Notes: generated from the sequence alone by a model not told the origin. DNA of 64,000 bases from an uncultured delta proteobacterium (GCA_963776345.1 CAVZMH010000019.1:192001-256000), one strand, 5' to 3'. Numbered from the stretch's first letter, positions 17,831 to 30,502 are shown. Numbers and translations are program-made.

Positions 17831-18861
17831 GCGGCGACCGGACCGAGGAGCCCACCCCGCGGCGGCTGCGGCAGGCGCGGGAGCGGGGGCAGGTGCCGCG
17901 GAGCCGGCTCTTCTCCGGCAGCCTGGTGCTCGCCGGCGGAAGCGCCGGGGCGGCGGCGGGGCTGGCCGTCGCGACCGACGGACTCCGCGCCTGGACCGCC
18001 ACGCTGCTCGTCCAGGAGACGACGGTTCCCGCCGCGCTCCACCAGGCGCTGACCCTGCTCGCCCGGGCCTGCGCTCCGGCGCTGGGGGGCGCGGCGCTCG
18101 GCGCGGCCGTCGCCGGGCTTGCCACCTCAGGCTGGTCCCCGTCGAGCGCGGTGCTGGTGCCGCGGCTGGAACGCCTCGACCCGGTCGCCGGGCTCCGGCG
18201 GCTCCTGAGCTGGCGGATCGCGGCCGAGCTCGCCCGGAGCCTCGCCGTGGCCGTGCTCCTCCTGGGCGTGCTGGTGGGCGGAGCCTGGGCGTTGCTGCCC
18301 TCGAGCCTGCGGCTCCCTGCGGCGCATGCGCCCGGAGCGGGCCTGCTCCTGCTCCGTTCGGAGGCGCTGCGCACCTGGGCGCGCGCGCTCCTGCTGGCCG
18401 CCGCGCTGGGGGTGCTGGACCTCGTGCTCGCCCGGCGGAGGCACCGCCGCTCGCTGCGGATGAGCCGCGACGAGGTCCGGCGCGAGCACCGTGAGCAGGA
18501 GGGGGATCCGCGTCACCGGGCCCACCGCCGCGCCGCCCATCGCCAGCTCCTCCTCTCCGGACGGGCCCGCGGGGTGAGGGCCGCCTCGGTGGTGGTGGTG
18601 AACCCGACGCACGTGGCGGTGGCCCTGCGCTGGGCGCCCGAGGAGTGCGACGCGCCATACCTGGTCGCCAGGGGCCGGGAGGACGAGGCCCGCGCCATCC
18701 GTGCCGAGGCGCTCGCGCTCGGCATCCCCGTGGTCCGCGACGTGGCGCTCGCGCGCGGGCTCGTCCACTACGACCTCGGCGAGGAGGTGCCGGAGGAGCT
18801 CTACCGCGCCGCCGCCGTCGTGCTCGAGCTGGCCCTCGACCGGACGGAGGCCTCCCCATGA
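17827..18861 (+). CDS. flhB: FlhB/SctU substrate-specificity switch
   Basis: 'DRTEEPTPRRLRQARERGQV', 'RMSRDEVRREHREQEGDP', autocleavage motif NPTH. Confidence 0.9.
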   Translation: MSGDRTEEPTPRRLRQARERGQVPRSRLFSGSLVLAGGSAGAAAGLAVATDGLRAWTATLLVQETTVPAALHQALTLLARACAPALGGAALGAAVAGLATSGWSPSSAVLVPRLERLDPVAGLRRLLSWRIAAELARSLAVAVLLLGVLVGGAWALLPSSLRLPAAHAPGAGLLLLRSEALRTWARALLLAAALGVLDLVLARRRHRRSLRMSRDEVRREHREQEGDPRHRAHRRAAHRQLLLSGRARGVRAASVVVVNPTHVAVALRWAPEECDAPYLVARGREDEARAIRAEALALGIPVVRDVALARGLVHYDLGEEVPEELYRAAAVVLELALDRTEASP

Positions 18862-20885
18862 AGGCGCGCTTGCGGCGAGCCCTCGGCGTCGTGCTCGCGA
18901 GCCGCGAGCTGGTGCTGCCCTGCTTGGTGGCGGCCATCCTCGGGGCGCTGGTGGTCCCGCTCCCCTGCTGGCTCCTCGACCTCGGCCTGGCGCTGAACCT
19001 GGTCGCCGCCGCCGCGCTGCTGATCGCCGCGCTCCGGGCGGCCGGTCCGCTCGAGCTGAGCGCCTTTCCCACGCTGCTCCTGGTCACCACGCTCTTCCGG
19101 CTGGCGCTCAACGTCTCCTCCACCCGGCTGGCGCTGGCCGACGGGCACGCCGGCGCCGTCATCCAGGCGTTCGGCGAGTTCGTGGTGCGCGGCGACTACG
19201 TGGTGGGGGGCGTGGTGTTCGCGGTGGTGACGCTGGTGCAGTTCCTGGTGGTGGCCAAGGGCGCCGAGCGGGTGAGCGAGGTCGCGGCCCGCTTCACCCT
19301 CGACGCCATGCCCGGCAAGCAGATGGCCATCGACGCCGACCTCCGGGCCGGGCTCATCGACCAGGGCGCCGCGCGCGAGCGCCGCCGGAGCCTGGAGCGC
19401 GAGTCGCAGATGTTCGGGGCGATGGACGGCGCGATGAAGTTCGTCAAGGGGGACGTCCTGGCCGGGCTGGTCATCGTCCTGGTGAACCTGGTGGGCGGGG
19501 TGCTGGTGGGCATGCTCCAGCGCGGCCTCGACGGTCAGGAGGCGCTGGCCCGCTACGCGCTCATCGCCATCGGGGACGGGCTGGTGAGCCAGGTTCCCTC
19601 GCTGTGCATCGCGGTCGCCGCCGGCCTGGTGGTGACCCGCGTGACGCCGGGCGAGGAGGGACAGGGGCTCGGCGAGGACATCGGGCTGCAGCTCTTCGGG
19701 AGCCGCGGGGCGCTCTGGCTCCTCGCCGGCGTCGCCGCTGCGCTGTCGCTCGTGCCGGGGATGCCGCGCCTCACCTTCCTCGCCGTGGGCGCGGCGCTGC
19801 TGGCCCTCGCACGCCGGTGGCGCCCGGGCGAGGCGTCGGCGCCCGAGGCTCCGGCGGCGCAGTCCGGTCCTCCCCCGCAGCCCGAGGCGGCCGAGTGGGG
19901 CCCCTGCGTCTCGCCGCTCGCGCTCGAGCTCGCGCCGGGATGGACGGAGGAGCCAGCCGGAGTGCGCGCCTTCCAGGACGCGCTCCGGCGGATGCGCCGA
20001 GCGCTCGAGGCCGAGCTCGGCTTCCGGATCCCCGGAGTCCACGTCCGGGCCGGCGCGGCGCTGCCCGAGGGGAGCTACCGCATCCTGGTGGACGAGGTGC
20101 CCGCCGCCGCGGGCCAGCTCCCCAGCTCGGGCCTGCTCGTGCGGACCCCGGCGGCCGAGCTGGCCTTCCTCGCGGTGGAGGCCGAGCCGGTGGAGGATCC
20201 GTCCACCGGACGCGCGCTGGCGCGGGTTCCCGAGCCGGCGCGGGACCGGCTCGCGCTCGCCGGGGTGGATGCGCTCGCCCCGGCGGAGGTCGTGGTCGAG
20301 CACCTCGCCAGCGTGGCCCGGCGGCACGCCCCGGTGTTGCTCGGGCTGCAGGACGTGCAGCTGCTCCTCGATGGGCTCGAGGCCCGTACCCCGGCCCTGG
20401 TCCGCCCGGCGCTGGAGAAGGTGTCGCTGCCCGTGCTCACCGACGTCCTGCGGCGCCTGCTGCACGAGGGGGTGAGCGTCAGGAATCTCCGCGGGGTGCT
20501 GGAGACGCTCGCCTCACCCGGGGTGGAGGGCGACGCCGCGGCGCTGGCCGAGCGCTGCCGGCGGTCCCTGGCGCGGTGGATCAGCCACCGCCATGCCCCG
20601 TCCGGCGCGCTCTTCGCCTGGCTGGTGGACCCGGCGCTGGAGGAGACCCTCCGCACGCGCACGGTGGACGGCGCGCCGGCGCTCGAGCCCGAGCGGGTGC
20701 AGGCGCTGCTCGAGGCGGTGGGCGAGCTGGTCCAGGATGGGCGCGCGGTGCTCCTCGCCTCCGGCGACGTCCGCCGGGCGCTCCGGGCGCTCTGCGAGGG
20801 GGCGTTCCCCGAGGTGGCAGTGCTGGCCTACGCCGAGCTGGATCCGGCGCTCCGGGTCCAGCCGCTCGGCAGGCTCTCCGCCTAA
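18858..20885 (+). CDS. flhA: FlhA/SctV export ring protein
   Basis: FHIPEP signature 'KGAERVSEVAARFTLDAMPGKQMAIDADL...FGAMDGAMKFVKGD'. Confidence 0.92.
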   Translation: MKARLRRALGVVLASRELVLPCLVAAILGALVVPLPCWLLDLGLALNLVAAAALLIAALRAAGPLELSAFPTLLLVTTLFRLALNVSSTRLALADGHAGAVIQAFGEFVVRGDYVVGGVVFAVVTLVQFLVVAKGAERVSEVAARFTLDAMPGKQMAIDADLRAGLIDQGAARERRRSLERESQMFGAMDGAMKFVKGDVLAGLVIVLVNLVGGVLVGMLQRGLDGQEALARYALIAIGDGLVSQVPSLCIAVAAGLVVTRVTPGEEGQGLGEDIGLQLFGSRGALWLLAGVAAALSLVPGMPRLTFLAVGAALLALARRWRPGEASAPEAPAAQSGPPPQPEAAEWGPCVSPLALELAPGWTEEPAGVRAFQDALRRMRRALEAELGFRIPGVHVRAGAALPEGSYRILVDEVPAAAGQLPSSGLLVRTPAAELAFLAVEAEPVEDPSTGRALARVPEPARDRLALAGVDALAPAEVVVEHLASVARRHAPVLLGLQDVQLLLDGLEARTPALVRPALEKVSLPVLTDVLRRLLHEGVSVRNLRGVLETLASPGVEGDAAALAERCRRSLARWISHRHAPSGALFAWLVDPALEETLRTRTVDGAPALEPERVQALLEAVGELVQDGRAVLLASGDVRRALRALCEGAFPEVAVLAYAELDPALRVQPLGRLSA

Positions 20886-20962
20886 GACTGCGGCCGCACT
20901 GACCTCGCCGACTGAGCCCCTGACGAGACCCTGACCCGGATCTCGTCAGCGGCCGCCTTGAC

Positions 20963-21292
20963 CTAGGCGGCGTCCTCGTCGCTCGAGGAGCCCGACGACT
21001 CCACGCGCGAGGAGGTCGCCCGGTTGACCCGGTCCCGCAGCTCCTTGCCCGTCCGGAACAGCAGGCCCCGCTTTGGCTTCACCGGGATGACCTGTCCCGT
21101 CTTGGGGTTGCGGCCCTGGTAGCCGTCGTAGTGCTTGACGTGAAAGGCGCCAAGCCCGCGGATCTCGATGTTTTCTCCGCGGCAGAGGGCGTCCTTCATC
21201 GATTCGAAGATCGTCTCGATGGTCGCCTCGGCCTGCTTCTGCGTGATTCCGCGCTTGGACACGAGGATGTTGATGAGGTCGCTCTTCAGCAT
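20963..21292 (-). CDS. HU/IHF family DNA-binding protein (IHF-beta-like)
   Basis: 'IEIRGLGAF...GRNPKTG...FRTGKELRDRVN'. Confidence 0.92.
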   Translation of the reverse strand: MLKSDLINILVSKRGITQKQAEATIETIFESMKDALCRGENIEIRGLGAFHVKHYDGYQGRNPKTGQVIPVKPKRGLLFRTGKELRDRVNRATSSRVESSGSSSDEDAA

Positions 21293-21400
21293 CGCCGGGA
21301 CGCTCCCTTGGCAGGTCGGCGAACCCGCCAGTGGTTCTGGACACTTGCAGAATCCCGCGCGCCATGCAAGCGGGGCTGTGCGACAAGCTGCGGCAATGCC

Positions 21401-22687
21401 TCAGGATTTTGGTGGGAGCGGCCGGCCCTCGAGCTCGGCCAGGGCCACCCAGCTCCAGGACTGGAGCTTCCCGGAGGCCTCGGCGTCGGCCGCGAGGAGC
21501 ACGGCGTCGATCTTCGCCAGGTCCGGGGCCGGGAGCGACGGGTCGAGCCCATCCGGGGGGCCGAGCCCATGTCCGCCGAGTGCCGCGGTGACGTGCCCCA
21601 GGGTGAGCTGGGCCGGGTCCCTGGCAGGGCTCCAGCCGGAGTGCCGCCCCTCGTGCACGAGGTCCGCGTCGCGCAGGGCCTCGAGGATGGGCTGCACCAC
21701 GTCCTCGGGGAGCTCGATCTCCCGGGACAGCGACGCCCGGTCCGGGGCGCGGCCCTGCTCGACCCACGAGCGGGTGAGGTGCTGGACGACGCGCACCGCC
21801 GCCAGCTCCCGCCCGCGAGGGTGCCCGACCAGCGCGGGCCAGACCGACTGGAAGCGCGCGTTCTGGAGCGCGTAGGCCAGCCGGGCCCCGGCGAGCACGA
21901 TGAGCCAGCTCAGGTAGAGCCAGAGGAGGAAGAGGGGGATGGCGCCGAGCGAGCCGTAGAGCACGCTGTAGCGGAAGGTCTCCGCGGCGAAGCCCGCGTA
22001 CCCGGCCCGGAGCGCCGTCCAGAGGAGCCCCGCCACCCCGGCGCCGATGAAGGCAAAGGCCCAGCGCACGCGGCAGTTGGGGGTGACGACGTACAGGATG
22101 GTGAGCGCGCCGATGGCGGTGAAGATCGCGACCACCGAGAGGATCTCCCCGCTGAAGGGGATGCCTGCGTCGTGGAGGAACCGCCGGAGCGCGGTGTTGG
22201 CCGACACCGCGGTGGCGAGCAACAGCGGGACCGCGAACATCGCCGCGAGCCAGACCAGGATCCGGACCGGCCAGGGCCGGTTCTCGCGGACGCTCCACAC
22301 CTCGTTCAGCGAGTGGTCGAGCATCCGGACCAGCGGGATGGCGGACAGCACGAGCAGGACGAAGCCCACCGACCCGGCCATCCGGACCGAGGCGTCGGTC
22401 AGGATGCCGCGCAGGGTCGCCAGCGTGCTCTCGGCGAGCCCGGGCGACAGCAGGCGCAGGACGAGGTGCTCCATCCGGCGCTCGAAGCTCTCCTCGCCCA
22501 CGGCCCGCATCAGGACCAGGCCCACCACCGCCAGGGGCACGAGGGAGAAGATGCTGATGTAGGTGAGCGCGGCGGCGCGGAGCCCGAGGTGCTCCCCGCG
22601 GTAGCCCGAGAAGACGGCCCGGATGCGCCGCGCCCCCTCGCCGGACCTTCTCGTGGTGAGGGAAGCCGCCGTCACCGGCTCCGCCAT
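21401..22687 (-). CDS. YihY/BrkB family membrane protein with C-terminal wHTH-like region
   Basis: 'AAALTYISIFSLVP', 'YSVLYGSLGAIPLFLLWLYLSWLIVLAGA'. Confidence 0.85.
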   Translation of the reverse strand: MAEPVTAASLTTRRSGEGARRIRAVFSGYRGEHLGLRAAALTYISIFSLVPLAVVGLVLMRAVGEESFERRMEHLVLRLLSPGLAESTLATLRGILTDASVRMAGSVGFVLLVLSAIPLVRMLDHSLNEVWSVRENRPWPVRILVWLAAMFAVPLLLATAVSANTALRRFLHDAGIPFSGEILSVVAIFTAIGALTILYVVTPNCRVRWAFAFIGAGVAGLLWTALRAGYAGFAAETFRYSVLYGSLGAIPLFLLWLYLSWLIVLAGARLAYALQNARFQSVWPALVGHPRGRELAAVRVVQHLTRSWVEQGRAPDRASLSREIELPEDVVQPILEALRDADLVHEGRHSGWSPARDPAQLTLGHVTAALGGHGLGPPDGLDPSLPAPDLAKIDAVLLAADAEASGKLQSWSWVALAELEGRPLPPKS

Positions 22688-25107
22688 CAGGCCCCGGGCA
22701 CCTTGTCCGCGTTCGGCGGCGTCGGCGCGGCCGGCTGCCCGCCCTCGCTGCCTCGACCCTCGCGCCGGTCGCGGTCGCGATCCCGGTCACGCCCGCCGCG
22801 GCGGTTGCGCCCGCCCCGCTGCCCGCGCTCGCGGTCCCGATCGCGGGCCACGGGCTCGCCGCGCTCGGCGGGAAGCCCCACGCCCTCCGGCGCCCGAAGG
22901 GTCGACGAGGACGAGGCCACCTTGTGGTCCTCGCCGTGCGCGCTCCGGCCGTAGATGTCGTACTGCTCGCGGTGGTAGCTCGTCTGGGGCCGGACCTGGA
23001 TGGTCTTGTTGTAGCGGTCCATCAGGTGGCGCAGCTCCTGCCGCTCCTCGGCCTGGAGCAGGCGGGCCACCTCGACGTTGCAGTTCACCACCAGCGTCGG
23101 GTCCTTGAAGTTGGGCGCCTCGCGGCGCACCTCGCGGAAGATCTCGTAGGACACGGTGGTGGCGGTCTTCACGAAGCCCTGCCCGCCGCAATAGCCACAA
23201 TCCTCGTGGAGCATCCGGCCGATGGACTCGCGCACCCGCTTGCGGGTCATCTCCACCAGGCCCAGCTCGCTGATCCGCAGGACGTTGGTCTTGGCCTTGT
23301 CGCGGCCCAGGGCTTCTTGAAGTCCCTTGAAGACCTTGTCGCGGTTCTGCGGCTTCTCCATGTCGATGAAGTCGCAGATGATGATGCCGCCGATGTTGCG
23401 CAGCCGGAGCTGGTAGACGATCTCCTTGGCCGCCTCCATGTTGATCTTGGTGATCGTCTCCTCGAGGCTCTTCTTTCCCACGTAGCGCCCGGAGTTGACG
23501 TCGATGGCGGTCAGGGCCTCGGCCTGATCGATGATCAGGTAGCCGCCGCTCTTCAGCCACACCTTGCGCTGGGTGGCGCGGCGGATCTCCTGCTCGATGC
23601 CGTAGCTGTCGAAGATGGGCTCGTCCGAGTCGTGGAGCACCACCCGCTGCGCCAGCGCCGCGTCCTGCGCGGCGACGAAGCCGAGGATGCGCTCGTACTC
23701 GTCGCGGTCGTCGACCACCAGCTTCTCCACGTCGGCGGCGAAGAGGTCGCGGGTGGCGCGGAGGATGAGGTCCAGGTCGGGGTGCATCAGGCCCGGGCCG
23801 CCGCGCTTCTCGTTCTTCCTGACCACCTGGTTCCAGATCTCGATCAGGAACCGGATGTCGCTCTCCAGCTTGGCCTGGGGGACGTTCTCCGCGACCGTCC
23901 GGACGATGAAGCCGGTGCCGGGCGGCCGGAGCCGGTCGACGATCTCCCGGAGTCGCCGCCGCTCCTTCTCGTTGGAGATGCGGCGGCTGATGCCCACGTG
24001 GTCCACCGTGGGCATGAAGACCAGGTGCCGGCCGGGGATGCTGATGTGCGAGGTGAGCCGGGCGCCCTTGCTGCCGATGGGGTCCTTGGAGATCTGCACC
24101 ACGACCTCCTGGCCCACCTTCAGGAGATCTTCGATGCGGACCTCCTTGCGCGGGCGCGGCCGGTCCTCGCGGCGGTCGCCCTTGCCCTTGCCCTTGCCTT
24201 TGCCCTGAGCGTTCCGGCCCCGGTCGCGGCCCTGCTGCTGGCGTTCGCGGAGCTCGCGCGGCGCGCGGCGCTCTCCCTGATCACCCCGGCCCCCGCTGCG
24301 GTCCGGCGCGCGCGAGGGAGCCGCACCGGACGGGAGCGCACCGCCCGACGTTGCCGCGGCGGTCTCTCCCATGCCATGGGCCGGGGGCCCTCCGGCGCCC
24401 TCGCCCGGCGCCTGACCGTCGACGGGGGCGTCGGGCGGAAGCGCCGCGCGCTCGGGCGCGGGCAGCGGGATGGGGGCGTCCACCGGCGGGGCCTCGAGCG
24501 GTCGCGTCGGGGTCTCCTCGCCCTCGGCGCTCGCCGGTTCATCCCCGTCGTCGGCCGCTCCTGCCGGGCTGCCCGCCTCGAAGGGGTCCGCCTCGTCGGG
24601 GTCGGCCTCGCCGCCGTCGGACACCTCGTCCGGCGAGCCGTCCTCGGGCTCGTCGAGCTCGGAGTCGCCGCCCTCGGAGAAGGCCTCGGCCTCGGCGGCC
24701 TCGTGGAGCGCGTCGGCGTGGGCGTCGACGTGCTCGACCTCGGCATGGAGCGAGGGGGCCTCGAGGTCCCCGGGGGCCTCGGCTGGCGCGGCTCCCGTCT
24801 CCTCGAGCTCGTCCGGGACCTCGGGAGCGTCCTCGTGCTCGCCCTCGGTCAGCTCGAACTGGGCGCGGGCGAAGTCCGGGTCGTAGACGACGTCGCTGAC
24901 GTAGAGGAAGGCCGCCTTGTCCAGCCCGATGTCCACGAAGGCCGCCTGCATGCCCGGGAGCACCCGGACCACGCGGCCCTTGTAGATGTTGCCGACGACG
25001 CCCTTGTCCTTCTTACGCTCGAGATAGAACTCCGCGATGTGACCGTTCTCGACGAGCGCCACGCGCGTCTCGCGGCCGGCCGCGTTGATCAAGAGGATGC
25101 TGCCCAT
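22687..25107 (-). CDS. Ribonuclease E/G family with long insertion in the S1 domain
   Basis: 'GNIYKGRVVRVLPGMQAAFVDIG', 'EALTAIDVNSG', 'LRLRNIGGIIICDFIDM', Zn-link CGYC. Confidence 0.93.
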   Translation of the reverse strand: MGSILLINAAGRETRVALVENGHIAEFYLERKKDKGVVGNIYKGRVVRVLPGMQAAFVDIGLDKAAFLYVSDVVYDPDFARAQFELTEGEHEDAPEVPDELEETGAAPAEAPGDLEAPSLHAEVEHVDAHADALHEAAEAEAFSEGGDSELDEPEDGSPDEVSDGGEADPDEADPFEAGSPAGAADDGDEPASAEGEETPTRPLEAPPVDAPIPLPAPERAALPPDAPVDGQAPGEGAGGPPAHGMGETAAATSGGALPSGAAPSRAPDRSGGRGDQGERRAPRELRERQQQGRDRGRNAQGKGKGKGKGDRREDRPRPRKEVRIEDLLKVGQEVVVQISKDPIGSKGARLTSHISIPGRHLVFMPTVDHVGISRRISNEKERRRLREIVDRLRPPGTGFIVRTVAENVPQAKLESDIRFLIEIWNQVVRKNEKRGGPGLMHPDLDLILRATRDLFAADVEKLVVDDRDEYERILGFVAAQDAALAQRVVLHDSDEPIFDSYGIEQEIRRATQRKVWLKSGGYLIIDQAEALTAIDVNSGRYVGKKSLEETITKINMEAAKEIVYQLRLRNIGGIIICDFIDMEKPQNRDKVFKGLQEALGRDKAKTNVLRISELGLVEMTRKRVRESIGRMLHEDCGYCGGQGFVKTATTVSYEIFREVRREAPNFKDPTLVVNCNVEVARLLQAEERQELRHLMDRYNKTIQVRPQTSYHREQYDIYGRSAHGEDHKVASSSSTLRAPEGVGLPAERGEPVARDRDRERGQRGGRNRRGGRDRDRDRDRREGRGSEGGQPAAPTPPNADKVPGA

Positions 25108-25566
25108 GGGGGAACCCCGTGCGCGCGCGTCCGGACTCGCCGTCCGCCGGACGGGTGGCGGCGGAATCGAGCGGTTCAGGAGCGCGCGTGATGGAGGGCG
25201 TCCCGGGTGGACCGTCCGGCGCAGACCGACCGCCGCGGAGGCGGAGCTCGGTCATCGGGCGCAGGGGGTTCAGGAGAGCCAGGACTCCCTCGAAGTGCTC
25301 TTGGTGCTGCCTTCCTGCGGCCCATTGGCCCCGGGTGGGGGTCGCCGGGGCCCATCGGGCGACTCCTGTCTGAGTCGCCGGTGGCCTCGAACGCCCGGGG
25401 TGGGGTGTCGCACGACAGCGACGTCCCAGGGACACAGGTCCCGTCAAAAATCCCTTTCAGGCCATACACTTGCAGAGAAGAGGTCCCCGGCGCAAGCGTC
25501 CCCGCAAAGCCTGCGGAACTCGGGGACGTCCCGGGCGGAGGCCGCCTCGATGGGTTCGAGGCCCGC

Positions 25567-25986
25567 TCAGGCGTCGGCGATCGAGGCCTGGCGGCTGCCG
25601 GGTCTCGACGGCCGGGCCCGGGACTCCCGCTTGAGCCGCAGCGCCACCCAGCCGTCCCCGACGCTGGCCCGCTTGTCGTCGACCAGGCCGAGGTCGAGCC
25701 CCGCCTGCCGGACCATGTCCTCGTCCAGCGCGCTCATGCCCGCCTCCCATGCCACCCAGATGCGGCCGGGCAGGGCGATGGATCGGGTCAGGGCCGGCAG
25801 GCGGGTGAGCAGCTCGCCCGCGGTCCGGGCGAAGAACAGCACCACGTCCAGCCCCGTCTGGGCGGTCACCAGGAACTCCACGCCGTCCGGGAGCGGGTTG
25901 AGCCGCACCACGAATCCGGGCGGGGGATTCACCACCGAGACCCTCGAGCCGGCCCGGATGCCGAGCACGCCGCAGAGGTGGCTCAC
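25567..25986 (-). CDS. DUF3052-like protein
   Basis: 'LGIRAGSRV...LDVVLFF...IWVAW...[14 protein letters not shown]...WVALRL'. GTG overlaps the acyP stop. Confidence 0.65.
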   Translation of the reverse strand: MSHLCGVLGIRAGSRVSVVNPPPGFVVRLNPLPDGVEFLVTAQTGLDVVLFFARTAGELLTRLPALTRSIALPGRIWVAWEAGMSALDEDMVRQAGLDLGLVDDKRASVGDGWVALRLKRESRARPSRPGSRQASIADA

Positions 25987-26267
25987 CCGGTGGTCCCCAC
26001 CTGGAAGCCGCCGTCCAGCCCGGTCACGGGCACCGGCGTGACCTGCACTTCCTCGACCTGCGCCGCCGGCGGCCCGCGCTGGCACCAGGCGACGAATGCC
26101 TCGACCGCCTCCGGCGCGCCCTCCGCCCGTGCCTCCACCGTGCCGTCCATCCGGTTTCGCACCCAGCCCGAGAGCCCGAGCCGGGTGGCCTCGGCGACCG
26201 CCCGCGCGCGGAAGGCCACGCCCTGAACGCGTCCCGCGACCACCAGGTGAACGGCCGAGCGCTGCAT
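25983..26267 (-). CDS. acyP: Acylphosphatase
   Basis: 'GRVQGVAFR...[12 protein letters not shown]...[11 protein letters not shown]'. Confidence 0.92.
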   Translation of the reverse strand: MQRSAVHLVVAGRVQGVAFRARAVAEATRLGLSGWVRNRMDGTVEARAEGAPEAVEAFVAWCQRGPPAAQVEEVQVTPVPVTGLDGGFQVGTTG

Positions 26268-26280
26268 GAGAGACGCTCCT

Positions 26281-28378
<2,098 letters not shown>

Positions 28379-28550
28379 CCTTCTCACCCGCGGGTGACGT
28401 GGAAGTCCACCGCTCGCGGGCCCTCAACTCCGCCCCGGCCACCGCATCACGAAGTGAGCGCCTCTCGCTGTCTGCCGAGGCGCCGAGCGGCTGCCGGGTC
28501 GGTCTGTCGTCCCCCGCCCTCTCTCCCTGGCGCGGGGTGCAAGTTTCCCC

Positions 28551-30143
28551 ATGCGCAAAGCCCGTTCAAGCAAAGAGAAGTCCGCCGACCTCGAGGTCCC
28601 CCCCGTGGAGTCCGCGGAGTCCGTGGAGTCCGCCCCCCGCCGCAAGGGTGGCCGCCGCCGCCGCGACCCCGAGGCCGAGGCCGACGGCGCCGAGGCCGCC
28701 GCGGAGGCGGAGACCCCGCTCCGCCCGGTGCTCACCGCCATCTCCCGCCCGGTCCGTGACGACGACCTGAACGCCGTCCCCGAGGACCCCTCCGCTCCGC
28801 CGGTGATGGCCGAGCGACCCTCGGCGCCCGAGCCCCTGTCCGAGCCTCCCACCGTGGTCACCGGCCCGGACGGGACGCCGATGCAGGTGCTCCGGCTCAA
28901 CGACCTGAAGCGGATGAAGATCACCGAGCTGTCCCACATGGCCCAGGACTTCGGGGTCGAGGGGACGCAGGGGCTCAAGAAGCAAGATCTCATCTTCGCC
29001 CTCCTCTCGGGCATCGCGGACAAGAAGTTCGAGGTGCACGCCGAGGGGGTGATGGAGCTGCAGTCCGACGGCTTCGGCTTCCTCCGGAGCGCGGACAGCG
29101 ACTACCAGCCCAGCCCGGACGACATCTACGTGAGCCCGAGCCAGGTGCGGCGCTTCAACCTCCGCCCCGGCGACACCGTCTACGGCCCCATCCGCCAGCC
29201 GCGCGAGGGCGAGCGCTTCTTCGCCCTGCAGAAGGTGGACAAGGTCAACTTCGTCGACCCGACCAGCAGCGAGGCGAAGGACCGGATCCTCTTCGACAAC
29301 CTCACCCCGCTCTACCCGACGCGGAAGCTGAACCTCGAGTTCGACGGGTCGGAGATGACGACCCGCATCATCGACCTCTTCACCCCCATCGGCCTCGGCC
29401 AGCGCTGCCTCATCGTGGCCCCGCCCAAGGCGGGCAAGACGGTGCTCCTGCAGAACATCGCCCACGCCATCGCCCAGAACCACCCGGACATCTTCCTCAT
29501 CGTGCTCCTGGTGGACGAGCGCCCCGAGGAGGTGACGGACATGGAGCGCAGCGTCCGGGGCGAGGTGGTGAGCAGCACCTTCGACGAGCCGGCCACCCGG
29601 CACGTGCAGGTGGCGGAGATGGTGATCGACAAGGCCAAGCGCCTGGTCGAGCAGAAGCACGACGTCTGCATCCTCCTCGACTCGATCACCCGTCTGGCCC
29701 GCGCCTACAACACCGTGGTTCCCCCGTCGGGGAAGATCCTGTCGGGTGGTGTCGATTCCAACGCCCTCCACAAGCCGAAGCGGTTCTTCGGTGCGGCCCG
29801 GAACATCGAGGAGGGCGGGAGCCTGACCATCATCGGCACCGCGCTCATCGACACCGGCAGCCGCATGGACGAGGTCATCTTCGAGGAGTTCAAGGGCACC
29901 GGAAACTCGGAGATCGTCCTCGACCGGAAGCTGATGGAGAAGCGCATCTTCCCCTGTCTGGACATCAACAAGTCCGGCACCCGGAAGGAGGAGCTCTTGC
30001 TCAAGGCCGAGGACCTGATCCGGGTCACCGCGCTGCGACAGGTCTTGCACCCCTTCACGCCCATCGACGCGATGGAGTTCGTCCTGAAGCACATGCGGCC
30101 CACCAAGTCGAACGCCGACTTCCTGGGCTCGATGAATCGGTGA
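28551..30143 (+). CDS. rho: Transcription termination factor Rho with N-terminal extension
   Basis: 'DGFGFLR', '[16 protein letters not shown]', P-loop 'APPKAGKT', '[11 protein letters not shown]'. Confidence 0.97.
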   Translation: MRKARSSKEKSADLEVPPVESAESVESAPRRKGGRRRRDPEAEADGAEAAAEAETPLRPVLTAISRPVRDDDLNAVPEDPSAPPVMAERPSAPEPLSEPPTVVTGPDGTPMQVLRLNDLKRMKITELSHMAQDFGVEGTQGLKKQDLIFALLSGIADKKFEVHAEGVMELQSDGFGFLRSADSDYQPSPDDIYVSPSQVRRFNLRPGDTVYGPIRQPREGERFFALQKVDKVNFVDPTSSEAKDRILFDNLTPLYPTRKLNLEFDGSEMTTRIIDLFTPIGLGQRCLIVAPPKAGKTVLLQNIAHAIAQNHPDIFLIVLLVDERPEEVTDMERSVRGEVVSSTFDEPATRHVQVAEMVIDKAKRLVEQKHDVCILLDSITRLARAYNTVVPPSGKILSGGVDSNALHKPKRFFGAARNIEEGGSLTIIGTALIDTGSRMDEVIFEEFKGTGNSEIVLDRKLMEKRIFPCLDINKSGTRKEELLLKAEDLIRVTALRQVLHPFTPIDAMEFVLKHMRPTKSNADFLGSMNR

Positions 30144-30193
30144 AGATCCGGGGAGCGCCGCCCGTCGATGGGGAAGAGGAGGGTGTGCCTTCC

Positions 30194-30502
30194 ATGACCA
30201 AGAATCTCGGGGGAGTCCTCGGCGCAGCGCTGCTCCTGCTCGCCGCCTGCGGACCGATGGATGACGGTGGTGGCGGCGTGGTGGGCGCGCCCTGTACCAG
30301 CGATGCTCAGTGCGCGTCGGACGGCTGCTGCGGGAACGGCGTCAACGCGGTCGCGGCCAGCCAGCGCCCGAGCTGCCCGAGCTCCTGTACCAATGGACAG
30401 GACCCCTACAGCTTCTACGTCCGCAACGGGTGCGGACTCGTGACCTGCGGCAGCTTCAGCTTCCACTGCGAGGTGGCGGTCACCACCGGGCCGGGTTGCT
30501 GA
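30194..30502 (+). CDS. Small cysteine-rich lipoprotein
   Basis: Lipobox LLAAC and 10 further Cys in the ~83-aa mature chain. GAGGAGG upstream. Confidence 0.7.
   Translation: MTKNLGGVLGAALLLLAACGPMDDGGGGVVGAPCTSDAQCASDGCCGNGVNAVAASQRPSCPSSCTNGQDPYSFYVRNGCGLVTCGSFSFHCEVAVTTGPGC

Noticed and set aside
14687..20885. Evidence for flagellar motility
   Set aside because: No rod, hook, flagellin, MS-ring or stator genes in the window. Only the export gate is supported.
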